DNA of 61,834 nucleotides, the filler included, from Chiloscyllium plagiosum (taxonomy: Eukaryota): assembly GCF_004010195.1 (NCBI RefSeq). It is 4 parts of one record of this genome, joined end to end, with 100 filler letters (N's around TTAATTAATTAA, not from the genome) between each part and the next. Parts side by side here need not be neighbours in the genome. Positions count along the whole stretch, not along the records: positions 49,515 to 61,834 come from NC_057715.1; 3 more parts are not named here. One strand, written 5' to 3'. The translations under genes and the position numbers were made by a program. A model generated the notes under the pieces. That model saw only the letters and a program-made list of their open reading frames with translations, made no database searches and was not told the origin of the DNA. This document shows, one piece after another, positions 50,932 to 58,934 of this stretch; the stretch's first letter is position 1, and the number at the start of each line of letters is the position of its first letter.

Positions 50932-51429
50932 AATTGCAGGAGTTTGCAACTTAGTGCATGATATTATGGAACTCACTTCATGTCCTCTCCACCCAATATC
51001 CCACCACTTCTCTTTAACCTCATACTGTACCAGCATGATAAATAAGTCTCTTTATTCCAGCACCACTCAAAATTATAATCATCGTGCTCTCCTTTCAACT
51101 TTATCCTTCAACCTAAACTCCTTTCCAATGTAGACTAAAATACCATCTGCCCAAACATAAAATGGCAATTTTTTTCCTCATTTCTCTTCTATCTTCCCTC
51201 AATGCCCTTTCCAAGCTCACTCATTCCATGAGAACCATTTCTTTCCCTTAGGACTCTATTCCCACTCAGCACCATACACAATGTTTCTCAGGCCCCCTAC
51301 AGGATTCTATTCCATTGTAACCTTCTATTTACCAACAGCTCACCAACTGAGCGCACTTCCTGAAACTTCCACTCAGCCTCCTCCGGGCTGCCTCTTTCAC
51401 CTTGGCTTCTCCTGGTGCCTATCCCACTC

Positions 51430-51704
51430 TTAGAACAGAGTTGAGGAGAAACTTCTTCACCCAGAGAGTGGTGGGTGTGTGGAATGCTCTGCTGGAATGC
51501 TCTGCCCCAGAAGGCAGTGGAGGCCAAGTCTCTGGATACTTTCAAGAAAGAGATGGTTAGAACTCTTAAAGATTGTGGAATCAACGCTTATGGGGATAAG
51601 GCAGGAACAGGATACTGATTGTGGATGATCAGCCATGATCATAATGAATGGTGGTGCTGGCTCGAAGGGCCGAATGGCCTACTCCAGTACCTATTGTCTA
51701 TTGT
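51430..51704 (+). mobile_element. CR1 3' end inserted in the left arm
   Basis: RRNFFTQRVVGVWNAL. Tail ctattgtctattgt. Confidence 0.85.
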
Positions 51705-51849
51705 CCCTTGCTGCCAACATTTTGTGCTCGTCCCTCTGCCCCTACCTGCCACATCACTTGCAGGAATTTCCTGCTCTTGACTTGCCTGCTCACAGTCCTA
51801 TAGAATGTCATTTGTAACTTTATTAGAGCCATTTTGATACTACGGATAT

Positions 51850-52085
51850 TGAAGAAATCTTAGTTAAGGGATTCAGACATGCAGTTCGAAAGCAAATTTG
51901 TGTAGATTTGGGAAGCAACAAAATATTTAAGAACTTTGGATAGGAAAGGGGGTTTGAGATGGGGGGCGACAATTTGCAAGATTTGTTTTTGAGGAGGTTG
52001 TGATGATGACAGATGTAAAGTCGGGGCAACAGAATGTGAGGAGAGAGAACTGTTAATAATATTAACTAGCATAAGAGCTCAGACT
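51850..52085 (-). mobile_element. L2 RT fragment, continuing the + strand L2 piece at about 51180-51265
   Basis: MLVNIINSSLSS, PPISN/PFLSKVLKYFVASQI. Confidence 0.7.
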
Positions 52086-52445
52086 AGATTCATTGCCAGA
52101 GTTCTCACTCACAGGACATTCTGGAGAAAACAGTGAGCAGGTGAGTCAAGATCAGGAGATTCCTGCAAGTGAGTGGGGCAGGTATGGGCAGAGGAATGAG
52201 CCCAAAATGTTGGCAGCCAGGGAGTGGGATAGGCACCAGGAGAAGCCAAGATGAAAGAGGAAGCCAGGAGGAGGCTGAGTGGAAGTTTCAGGAAGTGCGC
52301 TCAGTTGGTGAGCTGTTGGTAAATAGAAGGTTACAATGGAACAGAATCCTGTAGGGGTCCTGAGAAACATTGTACATGGTGCTGATTGCTATCAGTCTAC
52401 CATGTCTAGGGCAAATATAAGGAGCTGTGCATGGTAACTCATTGG

Positions 52446-52837
52446 GGAGAAAGTGAGGTCTGCAGATGCTGGAGATCAAAGTTGAAACTTTATTGCTGGA
52501 ACAGCACAGCAGGTCAGGCAGCATCCAGGGAACAGGAGATTCGACGTTTCGGGCACAGGCCCTTCTTCAGGAATGGTCTGCAGATGCTGGAGATCAAAGT
52601 TGAAACTTTATTGCTGGAACAGCACAGCAGGTCAGGCAGCATCCAGGGAACAGGAGATTCGACGTTTCGGGCACAGGCCCTTCTTCAGGAATGGGTCTCA
52701 CTTTCTCCTCGAAGATTTCAACCTACTGCGAATCCTCTTACAAGGATGCCTTCCTTGAAGAAGCTCTCTTCCTCCGAATCTCCTGTTCCTTGGATGCTGC
52801 CTGACCTGCTGTGCTGTTCCAGCAATAAAGTTTCAAC
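52446..52837 (-). mobile_element. Rearranged Neptune micro-insertion: tandem 118-bp hammerhead units plus inverted pieces
   Basis: TSD catggtaactcattgg at 52430-52445 and 52838-52853. Direct repeat ggtctgcagatgctgg...ccttcttcaggaat occurs twice. Confidence 0.9.
52543..52688 (-). ncRNA. Two intact minimal hammerhead motifs in tandem (52543-52570 and 52661-52688)
   Basis: Each reads attc-CTGAAGA-A-GGGC-ctgt-GCCC-GAAA-CGTC-gaat on the minus strand. Confidence 0.78.
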
Positions 52838-52877
52838 CATGGTAACTCATTGGACCTAGCCAATAAAACAGGAGCAC

Positions 52878-54070
52878 AGAAACATAGGAGCAGGAGTAGG
52901 CCACTCTGCCCCTCCAACCTGGTCCATCATTCAATCTGATCATGGCTGATCATCGAACCCCTTACCTGAATCCCACACTCCCCCCATATTCCTTGATCCT
53001 TTTAGGCACAAGAGCTTAAACACATAGAACATGGAACAATACAGCACAGGAATAGACCCTTCAGCCCACAATGTCTGTGTTGACCATGATGCCATCCTCA
53101 ACTAATCCCATCTGTCTGCACATGGTCCGTGTTCTTCTTTTCCCTGCCTGTTCATGTACCTGCCTTAAATGTTGCTAACATATCTGCTTCTACCATCTCC
53201 TCTGGCAGCACATTTCAGGCTCCTGACACCTTCTGTGTAAAAAATACTTTCCTCACACATCCCCCCCTCACCTTAAACCTGAATATTCAACATTCCACCC
53301 CAGGAAAGAGACTCTGACCGTTCACCTTATCCATGCTTCTCATAGTTTTAGATAATTCTGTCAGGCCGCCCCTCAGCCTACAATGCTCTAGTGAAACAAT
53401 CCAAGTTTGTCCAACCTCTAAAATAGCTCATACATTCCGATCCAGGCACCATCCTGGTAAACCTCCACATCCTTTCTATAGTGTGGGGACCAGAACTGCA
53501 CACAATACTCCAAATGTGGCCTCACTAAAGTCATATACAGCAGCAGCATGACTTGTCAAATTTTATATTCAATGCCTCAATCTCAATGAAGGCAAGCATG
53601 CCATATCCTTTTTAACCTACCGTAACTCGTTGTATTGCCCTTTTCAGGGAGCTATGGACTTGGACCCCATGATCTTTCTATATATCAATGCTTCTAAGGG
53701 TCTGGCCATTACAGTGTACCTTCCCAATTTGACATCCCAAAGTGCATCATCTCACACTGGTACAGATTCAAGTCCATCTGGCATTTCTCCACACAACTTT
53801 CCAACTGATCTATATCCCACTGTATCCTTTGACAACCTTCCTCACTATCCACAACTCCACCAACTTTCATGACTCAGGTCACCTACATTTTCATCCAAAT
53901 GCGATTTAATCTTCTGGACCAGCCTACCATGGGGGCCCTTGTCAAATGTTTCAGTAAAGTTCGTTTAGACAACATCCACTGCCCTTTCCTCATAATCATC
54001 TTTGTCACTTCCTCAAAGAACTCAATCATGTTTATGAGACAACATCTCCATGCTGACTATTCCCAATATG
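52878..54070 (-). mobile_element. CR1 fragments (3' ends and RT)
   Basis: Reverse-complement CR1 tails (acataggagcaggagtaggcc, catagaacatggaac). Reverse IEFFEEVTK and EYCVQFWSP motifs. Confidence 0.8.
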
Positions 54071-54282
54071 TCAATTTTCCTGCAGATACAAGGGGAGGAA
54101 GTGGAGGAGGAAGGGATGTAGGTGCTAGTAAGGAAGTGTGAAAAGATAAATCTGTAACGTATGGAATGAGTCTCTGAAGAAGGGACCTGATGAAGGAAAT
54201 CAATGAGAAAGTGAGAGAAGGAGGGAGAAAGAAAGAATGTTAACCTGGGGCTGAGCCTGGACAAACATATATTATTGAGGAA

Positions 54283-54616
54283 TGTTATGGACTAGGCCAG
54301 ACCACTTGAAACATTGTTAAGCATGCAGCCCAGATCATAACTTTGCAATTTGTTTCAGTAAGTGTACAGTGAAAATCACCCTGAATAAGTTAGCTAGGTT
54401 GACGACTAGATTTTGAAACAGACAAAAATTTATTCACAAAATAACACAATGAAACACAAAGAAAGGAATAAAGAACCCCGACAGAATGCAGTGTATCCAA
54501 ACCAGACTGATCGGAGCCCGGCCGGGTTTATTGCCCCTCTGAAAAAAAGTCAAGGACAGCGTATCATTGAGCCAAGGTACAGCTTTTCGGAAAAAAAAGA
54601 GACTAGCTTTGTCACA
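54283..54616 (-). mobile_element. Solo LTR (Gypsy-like), internally shorter than the 35666 copy
   Basis: Reverse complement reads TGTGACAAAGCT...CCTAGTCCATAACA. Perfect 4-bp TSD GGAA. Confidence 0.8.
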
Positions 54617-54629
54617 GGAATGAATTATT

Positions 54630-55000
54630 ACAGATGCTAGAATCCATATTGAAAACAAAAAATGCTGGAGATCACAGTGGGTCAGGCTGCATCCATGGAG
54701 AGACAGCAAGCTAACTTTTCAAGTCTCGATGACTCTACAAAACTCTGGATGACTCGAGGACAAAAGATGCTGATAGTGCAGGTTCATTCTCATACTCCAA
54801 GCACTTAACCTGAACTATCAACTCCCTTTCTTCTCCCAGCACTCCCCCTTACTGTTGAGTAAATGCTGCTCCCTCCACACCTCACATCAGCTCTGATGAA
54901 GAGTCATCGAGATTCAAAACATTAGCTTGCTCTGTCTCCATGGATACTGCCTGACCCCACTGTGATCTCCAGAATCTTTGGCTTTCAACACAAATTCCAT
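54630..55000. mobile_element. Older fold-back pLTR insertion with a decayed hammerhead
   Basis: Inverted pair ctggagatcacagtgggtcagg / cctgaccccactgtgatctccag. Decayed core ctgatgaagagtc...gattcaaaac. Confidence 0.6.
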
Positions 55001-55329
55001 TGCCTCTTTCCTCCTCTCCCTCCCTAAAACCCTATCCACAAGGCAGGCTGGGAGAGGAAGAAAACCCAGGCTCTGAGCTCCAGTGAGACCAGCTCATGGT
55101 GTGCACAACCAGAAACAAACACACGGCCCTTGCTCGTGAAACCCAAAGCCTGATCTTGGGCCAGCTCCCCACTCATGTCCCTGGGGTGATCAAGGCTTGG
55201 GGCCTAAGCTGTCTATCTCTAGTTTGACTTCTAAACATAAAAGGGTGTGGTCTCATTGCCCAGTAGATTGGTGGATTCCTTATTCACCTCCAGTTATGTT
55301 TCAGACTGCAACTGAATTCTATGCATTAC

Positions 55330-55530
55330 AGCTGCCTTGTCAGACCCCGTCATGTCATTGACTCTCGGTTAACACTGCGACCAGCTCGAAGGGGCAGCTC
55401 CACAGTTGCTGAGCCCCTGTAGATCAGGTATCTCCAACCTGACCTACTTGGTATGGTGAACCAGTCTCCTCTTCATCGCTATGGGACCGAACGTCCCTTT
55501 TACAGCTGGGCAGCTCTCACCATGATGGCA
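55330..55530 (-). pseudogene. Fossil Harbinger-type Myb/SANT ORF piece
   Basis: KRDV..SD / KRRLVHHTK*VRLEI...PSSWSQC*PRVNDMT, similar to the RRDVLFP...W.EIA...R.W.QCRKR.NDL pattern. Confidence 0.45.
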
Positions 55531-55789
55531 TCACTGAATCTTAGAGCAACTCTTGAACTCCCTTCAGCTGTGCCAACGGTGAACAAGTTCTGTTGGCGAC
55601 CCATTGTAGATGGCACAAACATTTCAGGAGCAGACACTCCCTCACCCATGATGCATAATACCCCTGACTACGGCCCTGCATGGCACTGACATGTCATTTT
55701 CACATCCATTTGATGTTTGCGAGGCTAAGCCATTGCTGTCACTTCTGGTGGTAACACTGTCTTGATTCCAGTAAAACTCCAACTGTTGT

Positions 55790-56140
55790 GTTACCACAGG
55801 AGACGAGACGCTTTAATGGAACATGTAACAAAGGAAATTACAGTAAATGGTCAGGAGGGTTAATTCAAGGTCAATGCATTTTCAAAAGTTGTCTGCCCAT
55901 CACACTATTAACCTTCAACACCACCACCACAGACACTCACTCAGCCTCACCCCCACCACTTCCTACATTTACATACCTTCAGCTGCTCAGCTATGGTGGG
56001 TATGTAAGGTGAGTCACTGGACAGCTCAACAAACCTCAACGCATTCATTAACATCCTTTTTTTCTTTCTTGCAAGACAAAGTGCCCAACACCTCCAGGGA
56101 GCAGGTTAGAAGCAGAAGGTGAGGAATACCTGTATCTCCT
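55790..56140 (+). pseudogene. Fossil Harbinger-type Myb/SANT ORF piece
   Basis: VRRVNSRS, then a C-rich intron-like tract, a polypyrimidine run and DKVPNTSREQVRSRR (similar to EKxAHNRRExxxTGGG). Confidence 0.35.
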
Positions 56141-57559
56141 CCAACTTGCCAGTGGAACACAAGCACCCAGCAGAAGGGTCAGTGCAATCTGAGACAGTGG
56201 GAGGGTCAAGGAGCAGGGAGGTCAGGCGAGGGGCAATGGGCAAGGAAAGGTCAGGGAGAGGAAAATGATGAGTGCAGTTTGCTTCAAAACAACATTTGGA
56301 GTCACCTGTACGAAAACAAAAATGGAGACAGCACCGTTTGGGGAACGTCCCTCACTTACACACTCTGCGAAAAGAAAGATGTCCTTTTAGATTGTATTTT
56401 AATAATTAAGGTAATGGCAATATCTCTACAAGGGTTAGGAAGCATCTATTTTTCAAAAAGCACATTGCCATCATTGCATTGTCTGAAAATCTCTATCCCA
56501 TCCTTCACAAAGTGATACATCGCTTTCTCACTTACTTTGATTTGCCGCAGATAATGCACAATAGCTGCATTTGTGAATGAGAAAATTCACTGAGGTGTTC
56601 AGATTAAGATCCGTATTGTTTGTGCTACATACATCTTGTTATGAAGGGATGATGTTTCTTTATTGTAATGTTTGAGCACATACCGAAGGTAAGATGTGGC
56701 CCCCTTGTGGTTACTTGTTGGACAGCCATCACCTCAGCTGACTGTGCTCTGCATCATGGTGCAGAGGTCACGACATCCAGTACTACTGAAACCATTCAAG
56801 ATAACACTATATTTCTAACTTATGACCTGTCAGCTGTTGTTGGTGAAACAATGAATCTCTCACATTGCACCCTGTTTCCTCAAACTAACTTTCTACTTTG
56901 ATTTCAGAAACCCACAAAGTGCCATCTGGCCAACAACACCAAGTGTTGGTGGAATGATGACAGCTGCACCAAACCTCACAGGAAGAAACCCCGAAAGGTG
57001 ATCTGCGTACTGCCCTAGCCGATATCTCGGAGGGTTGTATCACATCAACCTCTCCGTGTGGAGGTATGGAGAGGTGGGCTGCAGCGAGGCTGTGAGGTGG
57101 GGGTATGCTTCGATGTGTTTCCCAGCTCAAGGGCCTTGGTCTCCAGCATTCCTCCGAGTGACAATGGCCTCGGCTGTTTCTCCCTGGCCCATTGGCACAA
57201 CAGTGAAGTGCTGTGCCACCTGCGGTGCCACGCCTGGTTCACCGAACACAACCAACTAGCATTGAAATATTGGAGCTGGTGGTAAGGGGGTGTTCAGGAG
57301 GCAGGCATGGTTGATGCTTCCTCCAGGCCCCAGACAGCGAATTTGAGGATGTGTGCTGTGTGGGGGAGATGGGGGCTCTCTGCTAATGTGGTCGTGACAC
57401 TGGCTGCATCCATAAGCACAAGAGGGAGAAGGCATCGCAGCCTCTGGTTATATCAGAGGTGCCTGATGCATGATACTCCCTGCCTGTCTATTGTCAGAGT
57501 CTCAGTGCAACAACAAGTGACACTTGCTGTGCTGCTGGGCCTTGGATATCTCCATACCC

Positions 57560-58190
57560 CTGGCAGAGGGGTCCTGGTCTTCTCCTGTCCTGTCCGGCCA
57601 AGTATCCTCTCTTGTACGGGGTGAGGACGCCGTATCAGTCCCTCCCCCCCGACCCAGATGGGGCATTGCTCTGAGCTGGTTATGGGATGCCAACTCCTAA
57701 AGTTACATAAAGGGGGTGACTGAACTTGATGTAAGTAGATGGCACAGCTGTTATTGCAGATGCATGTGAGTGGGGGGGGGGGGAGCAAGAGGGTGAGCTT
57801 TCGGAGGGAGTGAGGAGGCAGTGTGGAGGGAATGCAAGGTTAACTGCGTGGAAGGATAGGGGTTGGGGGGGTGATACGAATGGTTGTGAGAAGACATTGC
57901 AAGTGACAGAAGGGGTGTCATAGCGTCAGTATCGGTGGCAGCTGGGTGGCAGGGAGCTGTGTGTGGCACTTACCCTGCCAGGGTGAAGAAGGCCAATGAC
58001 CTTCATTCAGTATGGTAGCCTGATCCTCAGCACCCTTTCAGATGGCACTGACCCAGGTAGTGATTTCTGAGCAGGATGGCATAGTGCGGCCTCCCCTGCT
58101 GGTCCTTTTGAAGTTGGATAGTCCTCCTCAGCATTGTCCTGTTGACCAGGACCTACAGGTCCCTTCTCAGAAAACAATGGGACTGTCTCT
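57560..58190 (-). pseudogene. Fossil two-exon Harbinger Myb/SANT DNA-binding ORF
   Basis: Exon 1 reads VPLFS..DL*VLV...SEITTWVSAI...KVIGLLHPGR|gtaagt (donor at 57973). Exon 2 follows ttag (57696) and reads ELASHNQ...GGG...VLTPY. Confidence 0.55.
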
Positions 58191-58934
58191 TCTCACTCCC
58201 CAGTAAAGAGTCCGACAGTTGCCAGATGATGCCCCAAGTGCCTGTGGGCTTTCAGAGATGGCATGGACTCAACGGATGCAGACTCTGGTCTCAGAGCAGA
58301 TAACCGGTGACTGGTAAGTTGTTTTAGGAATGACATGTGATAAATATGGGCAGACATCGGAGTGATACATCTCTGAGGGGCAATAACAGCAAGAAATGCT
58401 GTAAATTCAGTCAATGTGCTCAGCTTCTCCACCANNNNNNNNNNNNNNNNNNNNNNNNNNNNNNNNNNNNNNNNNNNNNNNNNNNNNNNNNNNNNNNNNN
58501 NNNNNNNNNNNNNNNNNNNNNNNNNNNNNNNNNNNNNNNNNNNNNNNNNNNNNNNNNNNNNNNNNNNNNNNNNNNNNNNNNNNNNNNNNNNNNNNNNNNN
58601 NNNNNNNNNNNNNNNNNNNNNNNNNNNNNNNNNNNNNNNNNNNNNNNNNNNNNNNNNNNNNNNNNNNNNNNNNNNNNNNNNNNNNNNNNNNNNNNNNNNN
58701 NNNNNNNNNNNNNNNNNNNNNNNNNNNNNNNNNNNNNNNNNNNNNNNNNNNNNNNNNNNNNNNNNNNNNNNNNNNNNNNNNNNNNNNNNNNNNNNNNNNN
58801 NNNNNNNNNNNNNNNNNNNNNNNNNNNNNNNNNNNNNNNNNNNNNNNNNNNNNNNNNNNNNNNNNNNNNNNNNNNNNNNNNNNNNNNNNNNNNNNNNNNN
58901 NNNNNNNNNNNNNNNNNNNNNNNNNNNNNNNNNN

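Larger units (their letters stand above)
51266..52385. repeat. Long inverted repeat (arms about 51266-51808 and 52114-52385) flanking an inverted L2 piece
   Basis: The arms align as reverse complements once the CR1 insert at 51430-51704 is removed. The ORF track shows the same peptide, EEAEWKFQEVRSVGELLVNRRLQWNRIL, on both strands. Confidence 0.85.

Noticed and set aside
52446..52837. Repeat-spacer-like pattern suggesting a CRISPR array
   Set aside because: This is eukaryotic DNA, the repeats are Penelope pLTR units with no unique spacers, and there are no cas genes.
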